From: Oikopleura dioica
Lineage: Eukaryota > Animalia > Chordata
Direction: 5' to 3'
DNA: 64,000 bases
Assembly (NCBI GenBank): GCA_907165135.1
Contig: OU015567.1
Span: 12,090,001 to 12,154,000 of the forward strand
The notes under the pieces are model-generated. The model was not told where the DNA came from and made no database searches. It saw only the letters and a program-made list of their open reading frames with translations. The position numbers and the translations under genes are program-made. This document shows, in pieces, positions 22,685 through 36,824 of this stretch; positions within the stretch are counted from its first letter, which is position 1; each line of letters opens with the position of its first letter.

Positions 22685-24658
22685 GATCCCAGGATCCCAA
22701 TAAAAGTCCTCTAGTTATTTTAAACTAAGTTCTTTTCTCTTGTTTCCGACCACAATTGGCTGTTCCCAAACGAAAGTTTTTTACTTGGTGGTTTTTCAGT
22801 TTGTTTTGAATTTTGTCGATTTTGTCAGATGAAAATCAGACACTGGCGTTCTACAAGTTCACGCTTCTTTTTGTTGCCACCATCTGACACAATCTGCATA
22901 AAAAAAATCTGAAAATTTTGCGTCTTCTAACATCTTTTCGGCTTCGCTTGAAAAGAAAATTTTGAAAAGAAACTGAGCTCTTGTTAGATTTTTAGAATCG
23001 AGCGCGAAAATTTCTAGCTGTCATGTGATGTGGCGACTTAGACTTTGTCAAGGTGGCAGGAGAAAAGACAGGTGATTTAAGAAGGGCTCAAAAACGCAAA
23101 TAAAAAAGATAATCCCTCTTTTAAAGCACTGACTCATAAAAAATATAACGGAGTTAATTTTCCGCGAAAAATCATATTTTCTCCAAAAAAAAACGCTTGA
23201 AATCGTTTTTACGTAAAACAAAGAGTTCGAACAAAGGGGTCACCTTAAAGTCTATCCCTGTAATAAATTGATTTCATCAGAACTTTTTTTAACCAAGAAT
23301 GGGAAACTGTTTTGGCTACCATTTCGATAATTAATTTTTCACCTTATTTCTGTGATATGGCAAACAGACTATCAAATTAGATTGCCACGTGTTTGCAAGT
23401 TGTTTTGCGATACTCACTCAAAAAGGACTTATTTTAATAAATACCAAGTACAGAAAAACATGTTATTTGCTATTCAACAAGATAATTATTTTCTCATTGT
23501 GTTTGATTTAGGCAGATTTTGTTAATTGATTTTTTTGTGAATTCAAAAAGCCCATATTTCGAAACAAAAATTGGTCCTTTTTTTCTAAAGGAAAATATTC
23601 TCTGTTGAAGTTCTTTTTTTAGGCTGTTTCAAATTCCCTGTTAGTGAGTATAAATTACGGGAAGAAATTCGGAAATTGGCGAAAGTTCGCCTCGTCGTGG
23701 CGGTATTTTGAGAATCGAGTTTGTCGAAAATCGGCACTGAAAAAAGGCAATGAGCTGTCCTTTATCTTGTTAATGTCAACTCAATTAGGGCGAATGGTTC
23801 CGTTTAGAACTTAGAGGACGTCTTCAGTGCCCCCCGATCAGACTGTATCTCAGCATGTAATTACTCCAAGAGGTTATGATGAATTACCATAAGAATTTTT
23901 TGGCCAATATCGAGTTCTACTTCCTTTTAAATTTTCTGGAGAGTCGGCACGAAAAAAAAGACAAACAAGAGGGCCCAGCCGTTATGCTTCACGTGTCACT
24001 ATCAACCGGTGAGAAGAAAGAGTCGCTACAGTAATTATACTTACGCAAAGCTGAGATAAGCCGCCAAACATCTCAGATATCCGAAGAGGCTTCTACTCCA
24101 CTCGAAACATGCAACAAAAACGACCAAATTTCAAAAAAAAACTGGACGCAAGCCTCTCTATCCAAAACATCAATTACTGTAGCTTCTCTGCTTTCGCGTC
24201 ATGAATGATATTCGAGCGTTAACAGAATTTCGTGGCGCCCGCAAAAGCGCTTTCCGCTTTTTTGCAGGTGGCGAAAATTTCTTGTTTAGAGGTGGATTTA
24301 TGAATAAGCTCTAGAATGCTTTTGAAGATTTTCTTAAACTTCTGTGAACGGCTTTTGCGGCTTCTTACTGTTCAGAGAGGTGTTGCATCTTGCTTGAACT
24401 TCTGATGCTAGAAGACTTCTAGAACTGTTCTTCTCATGAATCGATGATAATTACGAATGGGCTCCATCCACAAGCAGGGTGCTGAGTTTAATTTCAAAAA
24501 AAATATAATTTCGAAGTCAAGGCTTCAAAACGTGCTGGGCATCTGAGAATTCACTGCTTGACATAGCGAATGAAAATACTCTGCATATTCTTCATGTAAT
24601 CTTCAAGGTCTGAGCGCCTTCTCTATAAGATCCTGGCGCATTATTTGCGCATGTTTAA

Positions 24659-25329
24659 GGCTAGGGTGGTCGATTTGGCCCAAAGCAGAGCTCATAAACT
24701 CTGGACTTGTGAATGCCAGAGTATCCCATAATAGCTTTAAAAAGAGATCTATCCTAGATCTTCTGAATTACAGAAGCTTTTTCCGTCATCCCAAGAAAAA
24801 AGCCACTTCCGGTGCCTTCAAAGTTGGCATCTCGGCCAAAATCGCGAAAATTGCCTATCTTCAGGGCTCCAAAACTCCAAAGTTTGCATTATGGTCCTAT
24901 CTGTTCTTACTATTTTTAGATTTCTTGGACCCTAATCTTAAAATTTACAGAAGATTTTTCTCATTAGATAATTTTTTCTTTAGAAAATTTTTCAATAAAC
25001 CAAGGTACCTATTTTTGACTATTCATTCCTATAAAATGCCCTGCGGGCATAGCCTAGACGCCACAAGCCCTACCCTAAATGAATGTCCTTAGCGTTAGCT
25101 TTCCAAAAATGTATCATATGCCACTATTGTAAAGGTTTGAAATTTCAAAATATTTGGTTCACTTTCAAAATACACTAATTCTCTGCAGCTTTGGTCGCAA
25201 TTTCCGGGAGTTCGAGTATAGATAGCCAAAAAGTGCATGAGGAGTTTTTTGCTCCAAATTTTCTGAGGAATCCAAAAATGCGGGTCAAAAAAAGAACCTG
25301 AGACTTGGCCGAAATCGACCACCCTAGCC
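24659..25329. mobile_element. 671-bp non-autonomous DNA transposon, TTAA TSD, 18-bp perfect TIR (Kolobok-like)
   Basis: TTAA(24655-24658)|GGCTAGGGTGGTCGATTT ... AAATCGACCACCCTAGCC|TTAA(25330-25333). The internal ORFs show no transposase motif. Confidence 0.9.
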
Positions 25330-28300
25330 TTAAAATGCAACGAGAAACTGTGAATTCTCAGTAAAAGCTTCTTTATTTCAACTTCGGTATTGCATAATGA
25401 TTGTTCTATCGGCTGTACAGTAGTTTCCTTTTAAATCAAAGGGCGGAAACTGAGTCAGAAAAATTTCGCGGAGCAGTAATGACTTGTTTTGAGGTTTTCT
25501 GTTTTGCCTATCGTGAGATTGACAGAAACGCTCAATTAACTTCGCAGGGCACTTTCTTTGAGATTTAACAGCCACCAACTTACGTGTCTCTTCCCTTCTC
25601 TCTTGCCCTTTTTTGTAGCAAAACTTTTTATTGAGTAATTTGTTGAAATTAACTGCGAGTTTCTTTATTTTGAATTGGCGCTTTGGAAAATAAACTTGTT
25701 GTTTCTATCTCGGTAGCATTTACAAAAATACTGTGACGCTAATGTTTGCTTCACCTGACACGATATCAAAACAGTTAATACTGAGGAAGATACAGGAGCT
25801 TATCGCAAGGTTCATCCGTAATTAGTAATCAAACTCGGAAATCGGAGCAAATCAACCCTGAACTTTTCATTCCGCTCATGACATAACAAATTTTTGAGCT
25901 CACGCAGTTTTAGAAAGTGAGCAGCTTATCCTTGTTCAAGGTTTTTCCCCGTGGAAAATAAAAAGAAAAAAGGTCAGGTGCACTTTTGAGGAATTTGCTT
26001 CTTGGTGTCAGTTACTTACTTTGCCGACCTTGGAATGCGGCGGTAATTAGGCACCAACGCCTTTAACATCTCCCGATCTTAATAGACGCGAAAAGTTAGC
26101 AGCCCGGGCATTTCTTTTCATTAGCGCCTTTTTAAACTTTAAGCGCACTAAAGTTTTTCGTCCAAAAATCAAGAACATGTAAAAAAATTGCCACTTTTAA
26201 GGATCCTCCCATCAAGATGAATTTGGTCAAAATTTTCTGTATTTTTTGGTCATTTTGGGTTCTTTAGACAACGAGGAGAAATTTTTATGTTGTAAATTTT
26301 TTCGCTGCTATAGAAATTTTTGACTAAAATTGGCTTTAATTTTAAAGAAACATCATTTTTTCTTTTTGAAAATTAGTGTCCACGTTTTTAAAACCCTTTC
26401 TTTTATTTAGAGACCGCGGGCGACAAAAATCTTCTGAGAAGAAAAAGAATATTTCCGTTTAGACGAAAGATCAGATTAATTTGCTCATCTTTTTGCTCAA
26501 AGACCGCTGTTCCAACAAACAACACGTGTCTCGTGCTATCTTCAATTCTTTCCTTTCCAGTATCTTCAAGTGTGAAAATAAGGGCGGCTTTAATCTTTGG
26601 CGCAGCGACCACTAAAAGGAATTACCGGTTCAAGCAGTACGCCAAGACCGCCACTTTTCGCTTAATCTCGTTTTCCAAGAGCACAGAAACATATTTTAAA
26701 GTGAAGAGGAGGCCGCTTTTAGAAAATTTAAGAAACGAGTCAAAGCGTGAAAATTTAGCGGGACGAATTTAACACCTTTGAAAAACGACGAAAAAAGTGA
26801 AACTAAATTTTTAAAGGATTTTTGGGGTTCTTTAAATTACAGTTTTTCTTGTCGGGAAATTCAAAATTTCGGTTACAGTATTCAGATTTTGCGTGTTTTC
26901 GCGTCCACGTTTGGAGCGCCTCGTTCATCCCATAACAAATTCGTTTACTTCCGTTTGATATTCGCGCACCGCGAAAATCACCAGCCGCGGTCACTGTTAG
27001 CTAATCGCTCCCCCCGTTCATCCAAGACGTCGGCGCAACGGACTTCGCGGAATCGACTCTCACGAGGAGAAATTACTATTTGCGCTGGCATTGTTTGCAA
27101 AACAGAGTATTATTACTGTTCTAACGTGGTTCCGGATTCGTAAAATTGTGAAAAAGCAAAACGCCCTTGCATCGAAAAATAGCCATTCTGGGGGTCAAAC
27201 AGGGACACGAAGCCAACTAGTGCTAGAATAAATCGAAGACGATCGCTGGTTCAGTTGAAGCTGTCAATTTTCTTCCGGCTGATTCTTTATTGCCACCTAA
27301 TTATCATTCTGCATCTAAAATTAAAATATCTCATCACATGCTTACTGCTCGCAACAAGGAAGAAATGATACTGACAAACTTAAAACGAAGCTTCAAGGAT
27401 CAGCTTGTTTTAAATGTGCGAAAAATGATGCATGTGGCTTTGGTTAGAAAAATCCGCTTTTAATCCCGCGCAGCTTGTTTCGGTTCTCCCAACAAGGTCA
27501 AATTTGTCTTCTTACTCACAGCTGGAGAACACGTAGTTTTTCTTTTACTCGAAGCTTTAGAACAACTCTTTTAATAAAACTGCAGAAACAGTATTTTGCT
27601 GAATTGGACCCACGTGGCAAGCTTATCAAAATATATATCCTTGTTTAATGGATTTTAGAGCTTTGCGAATGTCTCTCGGAGGAAATCGCTGTCACACTCT
27701 TCAAAGCGTTATTATTTAATTTACAACTTTTGAAAAAAACGGCTGACGAGGGATTTTAGAAAGTGTCTCTTTTTTTCTCTCTATTTTTATTATTTTTTTT
27801 ATTTATGCGCTGGAGAGCACTGTTTTGGGAATATTTTGAACACGCGTTTGACACCATGTTTCCCTTGGCCAGAACCAAACGCTCCTCAACATACATACAG
27901 TATGCAACATACTGTATTAATCTGATAATGCGGAAAATACGATCCAATTCAGAGACACAGGCAGGATCAAAGGTAGAACCCTAAGGGAGTTGATGAGAAA
28001 AAGCCTTCTCGAAAAATGGATCAATTTGCTCTACCACCCTTAATAATACGTACGCATATTTCAATCCAATCATCGGCGAAGCCAAACAAAAGCGTCTAAC
28101 TGCGAATTTCCGCCGACGATGTAGCATTTCTTGAGTAATGTCATTACAGTCGCCCTACCCATGACGAGCAGTAAGCGGCTTATGCAGTACCTAAATTATC
28201 ACCTCTTCTTCGTTCCAGGTTTTTCTGATTTTCATAGAACACCACAAGCAGCTCCCGTTGAATTTTTCAATATCTCCTTGTTGTCAAATGTTGCAATCGC

Positions 28301-31300
28301 GTGGTGAATCTGTTGACACGCAGTCTGAGCGAATTCTTTTGATTAAGGTCATGCAAGCAACGTTGCCAAAACAGCCCAGATGTAAATTTAAACATATCTA
28401 ATTCGATCACAGGGGTCAAAGAAGGTAAGTAATATGATGCTCAAATGAAAGCTGAAAAAATCAGCAATTTTTGAATAAAAAAAGAGTTCGATAGCGCTAG
28501 AATTTCAAATAATGGAGAGAATTGATCCGCCGTTCTAAAGTGTAAAATATCACACTGAGAAATGGAGAAGGGACGCCCGTCTAGCTGGCCACAAATCGAA
28601 AAATTGCGGGAATTGGATTTTGGACATTTTTTCCGAGTTGGCGAGATTGGATTTCGGCCGAGCGGCGAAAATATCCAATTAATCCAGTTCTTAACGTGGC
28701 TCTCAAAATGTTCTGATTCCGAGCTCAGCAGGTGTCACCTTAATTAAATACTATTTTTTCCTACAATTTTGCAAAAGAAACGAATATTCTTTGGGCCAAA
28801 GACTTTGGCGTCGCTTGCAAAAAACAGTCCTTCGATGATAATCCCATTGCCACAGTGTAGAGAAAACTAGCCGCAGCGCATCACGTGACTCGGATGGAAC
28901 TCGTGGAAGCCAAATCCGATCCTCCGCTTCTAGAACAATAAAGCCTCGTAATTAGCCAAACGGCGGATCTCTTCAATTTTACTGCTGTTCTTTCAGTGAG
29001 GATCAGACCTTGTCTGATTGTCTGTGCTGTTGTTAATCGGATGAGCGACAATTAACGAAGCAGTTTATGTATTGCCGGATGAGCAGGAGCGGAAATATTT
29101 GCTAAAACACATGTTAAGCCATTCTAAGCTCGTTTATGATGGTTTAAAATCAGCGAAAACGTGGATCTTCAGGGGTTCCTCTTGTTCATCTTGCTTGAAA
29201 TATTTCCACCACTCAAATGCGGGGAAAATCAAACAGCGCCAGATTTTTTTCGTGGCCAAAAGGAAGTTCATTTTTTGACTCTGTTAAATTACCGTTGTGA
29301 AATCACAGCTTATCATTAGAATTTCTCTGTTTGAAAATAAATAAAATCCGGTTCAAAAATTGTGACTACGTAAGAAAAAATGATGTGCCAGGTAGATAAG
29401 TTTTTCTTGTACTCATGTTTCTGCGAGGGGCCGCTTCTGCGAAATGAATAAGTCCCTGAGGTTGATATGATGGGTAAAGCGACCCAATAATTAGTCCTTT
29501 TAAGCAATTTGAGGTGGCGAAAACTAGAGTTTCCCCGCGCAAGAACTAGCTCTTGTGGCGAGCTCATCCCACCGCCAACATGTCTTACCCACAGCCACCA
29601 GCAGCTCTTCTTCTTTTATTTAATCATACTTTAACGTGACACCACAATATAGAAAAAAAATCCACTTTTCTACCGGTAGTTGGCCGATCAATTTTGTTAG
29701 AGAAAAAGTACTTGTAGAAATCAATCAAAATCTCGTCCGGCAATTTTGGGCCAACTAATGGTCGTCCGGATATATCCTTGTGTTTCTCATGTTCGAGTTT
29801 GATAACTACAATGATCTACAACAGGTCAAATTCGATCGACAAGAATCTGAAAATCTACATGATTTTTGTTTATTCTTGAAAGAAAGAAATGATCCCATCT
29901 TTTCAAATTTAGTTTCCATTAGAGAGGATAAATGAGATGTTGCGATCATCTTCTTCTAGCTGAGATTGGTAATTGTCATAATCCGTGCGCTGGTGGAGAT
30001 GCAATTATTATGATTACAGGGCAGCCGGATCGTCATCCTCGGCGGTCAAGGTTGAGAAAATTTGAGGCCGCGAAAATGAGGTGTCACGAAAACACTGAAA
30101 GAGTTTAAATTACCGCCCTTCGAGTTGGGAAAATTGAAGATCTTGGATAATCCATTGCTGGGAAAAAATGCTCGGCGGGGGATCCAGTCTATCAAAAAGC
30201 GGCAAAATGGAACGTGCGAATTATAATTTTGAAAACGATGACGACGGATGAAGTTTTTGAAAAAATGCGGAATCGAGAGTTTCGAGCGAAGAGTTGATTT
30301 ATTGGACACAATCGCATTTTTGCTACTTTCCGCAAAATAAAATGAAATTTCAAGCCGCAAATCTTCGGTCACCGGTGCATTCGAGTTCGAAATTCGAAAA
30401 GCAAGATTACACACGAAAATGATCGATTTTTGACGATTTTGTTTTGGAGCACTCTTCTCGGCCGAGGTAAGAATTGCCGCCATTAGTATCGCTAATTCGT
30501 CAGTCTACCACGTCAAGTCACACACAGGGGTTAAAATGCTTAACCCGCGCTCGGCTCGGCGCGTTACAATGGCATGTGCATAATTCGGGTTAAATTGACA
30601 ACATGGCTCCACGGGGAGGGGACATTTCCACGAGGCTCAACTGAATTTTTTCCCACGTGCTTGCGCAAGGCCACTTGTTCTTGCGCCTTTTTAGAAGCGT
30701 GTGCGAAATGTTCATTCAACAAAATACAACTTTTACTCGATTCTCACACACGCTGCTGAAAAAATACTCGCTGTAACAAGTTACTAATTGAATTTCTACG
30801 CCTTTTAGAGGCTCCATTTCAGCGTTCTCTACTGTCGAGAACAACCAGATTTCGAGCCTCGAGGGAGCGTCTTTCCCCCACTTGAGGAAATCTCAACAAG
30901 TCAGGAAATCGCGAATCACGCGACTTCCAAAAACTGGAAACGTATCTATTATAAACAACCTGTAAAATCGGGTCTTAGCTGGGTGCTTACACTCTTACGA
31001 TTAGCCGCATTAATCCTCAAATATTTTCCAAGTGAATGAAAATTCAATATTTGGCGATAAAATTCGCGAAGCGAGCTTGCCGCGAAACGTGTGATCGGAC
31101 ATATAAATTCAGTGCCATCGCCACATCCATCAAGTACCAATTATATTCATTACAGTTGTGCCAACAACTCTCTTCGAGGAGACGCTAAAGAAGATAAGCG
31201 TCAAGAGTGATTGTTTCTCGGAAGAAATGAGCCAATGAGCCAACATATTCAACAGCCGATAAGATACAGGACAATCAATATCCACTCAACTCGAGAGGAA

Positions 31301-32517
31301 GATATTGATGAGTATTCGATTAGTTGCAACCGTAAAAAAATAAAGTGGTATTCACCATGAGCGAAATTTTTCCATGGCAATTTGTCAAGCCATAAAAAAT
31401 GTTCCATCTAAAATCGTTGGTATTAAATACTGTATTTAAGAAATACAGGAACACTTAATCTTTTCGATGTTTGGTATAACATTGATCATCAATATAAATG
31501 GTATCGAAAAAGCAACTCGAAGATATCATATCTCTTCTATATAAATCTTCATGTCTGTCCCTCAATTTTACTATTATCAATAGAATGTCTTGTTTTTGTT
31601 TAAAAATAAAGATGGGCTAATACCCTCTGTTGGTCTTCCTCTGCGGAAAGTCGAGCTTGTAACCGACTGTGTGAGAGTTGTTTATGTTTTTTGCGTATGT
31701 TCGAATAAACACGTTTGGCAGGCACGTGCGCTCAATGAGAGGAAACGGGCGCTTCCGAGCGAAACCGAACGCTCGGTCAAATGCAGGATGATGTGGAGGA
31801 TTGCGTGCACTCTCTTCAGTGACTTCTCGGAAGTTGCAGCCTTTTATTGAACTTGAAAAATCAGCACCAGAAAAAAAATGCCAAAGCCGTTTTGTTCTGC
31901 GAAGCGAAGTCTTGCCAGCTAGTCGATCTGTCCGAATTGCGGCTCATTTCAATTTTGCCCTGACGTTTCTTGACGGCTCCAAATCCCCAGATTTTGTTCC
32001 ACCTCATACCAATCAAGCGAAAATTCTATTTCCTCCAATTTTCAATTTTCGGGGAGAATGAACTTTAGAAATTGCAAATTTATGAATTCGACCAATAAAA
32101 ACGCAGCAAATAATGGAACAGCGCCATCAATATGATTTCTCCAATTTTCTATAAACCTCTCTAAAGATTAGCTTCAAAAATGCTCTCGTAACCTTTTACT
32201 TGGGAAATTTCATTTCCTGTTTCATTTAGTGCTTGTCCTTCTATAACTTATATTGCCCTTTTTCGCGTTCTTTTCTGGGGTCGGAATGTTACGTGGCAAT
32301 GGAAATCAAAATAGCAAAAACCTTTTCGCACCGGAAATGGGATTAAAAGTTACTTTTTGGAACTGCGCTGTAAATGTTAAGGGCACGTAGATCAAACTCG
32401 TCCTCACCCGAAATTGTCGCAATTCATTTTCAGCCAATAAGAAAGAAGAAAATGCTTGAATAGCGACTCCAAGCGAGTTATTTCACAATTATTAAAATTA
32501 CTCAATGGATTCTTCTG

Positions 32518-33026
32518 ATGAGCGACTATAAGGAAGAATTATTGAAGAAGTTGAATAACTTACGAAACGAGAAAAGTCGAATTAAAAATAGAAAGTGCTC
32601 TTGGGGGCAGAAGTGTTCTTTGAAAAAGAAGAAGCTTGAAGGCGATCGGAGATGCTTTAGAAATTTCTTTCAAATAAACTGGTCCGATTCGATAATTCAG
32701 CTAAACTATTAAATCCCTTTTTCCGCTCATTTTTCAGCAGAAAAACTGACACAGCGAAATTCGATAATTGGCTTGAAATTCGTTCTTTCAAAATAAGTAA
32801 CTTCCGAATTTAATTAATTAAGTGTCCCTCTTTTATAGGTCGACGATTGTTGATTTTCGGGGCGTAAGTGTGTGGATACTTAAACTTTTGATAGTTGAAA
32901 ATCTCTAAATAGGTTGCTCGTACAGAGATAAGGAGCGTAAGGAGAGTGCCGATAAGGGACGTGAACCATTTTTTGGAGCAACTGACCGGGGATGAGCTGG
33001 AGCGGCTTTATCCCGAACTTTTCTGA
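32518..33026 (+). CDS. putative 3-exon orphan protein (about 100 aa), basic N-terminus
   Basis: Exons 32518-32681, 32839-32863 and 32913-33026; GT-AG introns of 157 and 49 nt (GTAAGT donor). Product MSDYKEELLKKLNNLRNEKSRIKNRK...FQINWSTIVDFRGVARTEIRSVRRVPIRDVNHFLEQLTGDELERLYPELF*. Confidence 0.5.
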
Positions 33027-34231
33027 ATTTTCGCCTGTCTACTTTAAGAAATTCAAGGAAACAAGGGTAAGATGCAAAAAGGCGTTGTAATTCGATGAAA
33101 GAGATGAGAACTTTCAGCGAAAACTACGGCTCATCCTTCAAGTCTTGAACTTAGGTGTGCATCCGCGTAAAAGACGTGTGATTCACTGTCAGAAGTCAGA
33201 AGGTGGTAGATACTTATGTATGACAGGATCTTGCGGTCACAAGCGAAATCATCTTTGGCGGAACGTGAATCCAACGAGCAGCATCGACTAATAGACACTT
33301 TCGAACGCGGTGATTTTGGGGACATTCTCGTTCCATTTCTCGCGGTCGACATTTTGATGGAACGCCTCATTTTCTGAGATAAAGAAGATTTTCAGGATTT
33401 AGCGTCCGTTGACAATGTGGAATTTATTCGATTCCGGGAGGTATTTTTTTCAGAGAAAAAGACGGTATTCTTAACAATAAAATCAGCAAACAAATCTTCA
33501 AAAATAAATCTGAAAAAAAAACATTCAACGAAAAAATTCCTTTCTATAAAGAATTTGGTAGAACAATGATTTTCTCCCAACATGATACCTGCAGCTGTAA
33601 TCTCCTCTATTAATTTCTCATTACTTTAAAGTAATTACATGAATTTCAATAATTAAACAGCATGTAATCTAACTCCAGCAGTCCAGGCACTCACAGCAAG
33701 TTTCAAAACAAAAATAAACAATTCCTGACTAAGTACTGTTAATATCGATTGTGGCGCTCAATAAATAACGTGAATTTCGGAAGTGGAGCGAGTTATTCTG
33801 GATTTCTACAGAACTGGTTGTTATCAATTCGATCTTTATCCTTTTTCTGTTTTATTTTCTATTTTGAGCATCGTTGCGGGCTGCCGTTCCATCCCCAAGG
33901 GTCGCTCTTGACCGGGGACGAAAAATCGGAAACGCGCGCGGCGAATAATTCTAGCGCACTTGATCAGATCACCGCCAATCATGCGATTGGCCCCTCGAGC
34001 GCGAAAACAGATTTTGTTTATTAGAGCTCAATGGGCACGTTGGATGATAACGTGCGCACAAAAGAAAATTCTAATGCTTGGATTCTACGCTAGGGTTCTT
34101 GAGCTTCAATTGATATTTTCATCGAGCATCTCGATCCGATTTCGAATTCGTTCCATCACTTTTCCGTGAATCCAAAGATTGTCGACTAAGCATAGATTTG
34201 ATAGATTCAAATCTCGATTTATCAGCGGTAT

Positions 34232-36070
34232 TTATTTCATAAGAGAAAAAAGAACAAGAGGCAGAGAAAGTCCAAGAAACGATGCAGAATTCCCACCACC
34301 ATCTGAATTGTTCTTTCCTTCGTCGTCCTCAGCAACTGGCCAATCTCGTCCTGATTTGCAAGTGTTCGTATCAGAGTTGTCCCAAACCCGATCTTCCGTT
34401 GGAATCCACTCCCAAATCGGTTCCATTCCACCGGCCTTGAAAGTATGTTTGTGACCTAATTTTCAACGATTTTGTTATCCTTACTTTTAGTTTTGCGGAC
34501 TCAACTTCAACAGCTTTCCACACTCGAAGAATGTTGTCACTGAAAGCATCAATTAATTTATGACAAGATCAAGAGTGTCAAAACATATGATTTTCGGTAA
34601 GTAATCGAACTTTCTTCAAGATCGCTCAATTAAGAGTCGCAATTACCTCGCAACTCCTTGGATAATCGTTCGAATCTCGCTCTCAGGATAGTTTTTCTGC
34701 TCTAGTCGCTCGATGAGCTTCGCCATGACTTAGAAAAGCACCAGGTTAAATACAAACGCAAAACAATTATTACCAAGTGGGTACTTGGAAACATCCTCAG
34801 CATCGTGAGGCAAAGTTCGAACGCCATTGTAGTCGCCACCGATTCCAACATGTTCGAAACCTTAATATTTAATGCTAGCCGATTTTCTCATCCGCTTACC
34901 TATTTTTTCTCCGATATGCATCATGTGATCAACAACATCATCTGCAGTTACACAAATAACATAATTTCCATCTTCGTCCTGCGAAACAGCGTTTCGTTTG
35001 ACAAAATCGCTGAAGTGGATAAATTTTAATTAATTTTACGACCTTCTGACAAACGTGTAAAAGACGATCATAATGACGCCGCCGTTGTCCTTAACCAAGG
35101 GGAGAACATCGTCTGGAACGTTGCGGTGAGTGTCAGCCAGGGCCCGCGCAGACGAGTGCGAAAACATTACTGGCGCGGTCGTGTGGGCCAGTGCAGCTAC
35201 AAGTACAAGATCGTTAGTAACCTTGATTAACCACAAGATCCCCTCCCCACGATTGTCGACTTAGCATCAAAATTGTACCTCGCATGGTATGGTGACTGAC
35301 ATGTGAAATATCAACAATCATGCCGAGTCTGTTCATTTCCTTCACGACTTTGACTCCAAAGTCCGTCAATCCTTCACTAGTCTTGTCATCATCCGGGCTC
35401 GCAACGACCCAGGGCAAGCTGCAGCTATGCGTCAGTGTCATGTATCGAATTCCGAGCTCGTAGTACTGTCTCAAAATCGCCAACGACTCTCCGATCATGT
35501 GTCCTCCTTCTAGTCCCATTACAGAGGCTATCGAAAACTCGTCTTTTCGGATAAGGTCTTCTGCTTCTTGTGCCGTTTTCGGAATGATCATTTCTGGGTA
35601 AGCATCGATCATTCTTCTCGTAACATCTAGTTGCTCAAGTCCCCACGAGACGGCGTCTTTTGATTGGAGGAGCAGCCCCAGTAAACGCTCCAAAATTGCG
35701 CCCTCAGCTGACCTTCTTGAGCCAATGGGATGGAGGTATGAGATCTGACTTGGTATTGCATGTCTGGTGGATTTTGAGCAGGCTCGCGTTCATAGAGGTC
35801 AATTTTTCCAAGATCCTACAGGAGGATGAATGTATGCAAAGATTTTGTCATGTTAATATACTTTTATATAATCAAAAGAACCTGATTCTCAGGAAAAAGG
35901 TCGGTATATGTCAAGGGAAGATCATTGTGGCCGTCGAAAATTCCATGGTTTTTAAGGTACTCGTTTGCCTTTGCAATGTATGCTGCAGACGGGGACTGGT
36001 AAGAAGCAACGCATTCAGGCAAATTCTTAGGAGCTCTTTCATTGCCAAGTATTTTCGCATCAGTAGCGGC
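34232..36070 (-). CDS. DPEP: membrane dipeptidase (peptidase M19, renal dipeptidase-like), GPI-anchored; 1-nt frameshift near 35660; 5' end unresolved
   Basis: Exons 35882-36070, 35279-35815, 35055-35196, 34900-35009, 34774-34860, 34647-34728, 34485-34539 and 34232-34435. Motifs: [85 protein letters not shown]. Ends in a GPI-type signal ([22 protein letters not shown]). Confidence 0.9.
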
Positions 36071-36824
36071 CTATTATTTGGCTTAGAATAACCTCTATTA
36101 CAGATATTGTCGCATAAGTCTGCAAGACAAAAAACAAATGCGCCCTCCAAAAATGAGCTGTGGCTACTCATTAGCGGCTGAATCTCTTCATCTACACGTT
36201 TAATCCGAGTGGGATGAAATCGAACCCAAGCAATATCTTAAAACCTTAAGGGTCACCACTTTTTAATTGGCGATATTTAAGCCTCTCCTGAACCGCAAAA
36301 AATGCAGCAAGCTTCATTTCCCGAGGTGAAAGTACTCTCTTTAGAATCGACAGAATATCTGAGAGTTTATATTGCCAATAGTACAGTCAATATTTAAAAA
36401 AGACGCAACACAAAGAAGTTGTTAAATTTAATGAAAAGAGATCTTTTGGAAATTTCCCGAAACTAAGCTAAAGTTTCAAAAACAACTCGCTGTTTTTCCA
36501 AAGATTAGCACTTTGGAAGCAACAGTTCTGGTGAGAACTGATATTGACTTGATATTGAGTATTTTATTTTGCCAAGAAATCGCTAATCAAAAAGGATCAA
36601 GCACAATAAAAGTATATTTGTCATCGGTTACCATACTTCGGTAGACACGCTTTTTGCAGAAAATGGAAAAAGCGACGAGTTACCCTTCTAAGATGAAATT
36701 AATTATTGAATTGCGAAGTTAGATCAATTACCTCTAGTAGACAAGTCACTTGTAAAACAAGTTTGGGACAAGTTATTCTACTGTAATAGACAAGTCCAAC
36801 GATTCTTCAATCAATGTTCGTCGA

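Noticed and set aside
24709-25340. 127-aa and 81-aa ORFs as a possible transposase
   Set aside because: They lie in a 671-bp non-autonomous element, have low-complexity F/K/L composition and show no catalytic motif.
28100-28340. C-type lectin-like phrase (EKFNGSCLWCS..KTWNEE) on the - strand
   Set aside because: There is an in-frame stop just upstream, no further lectin motifs, and no consistent splicing.
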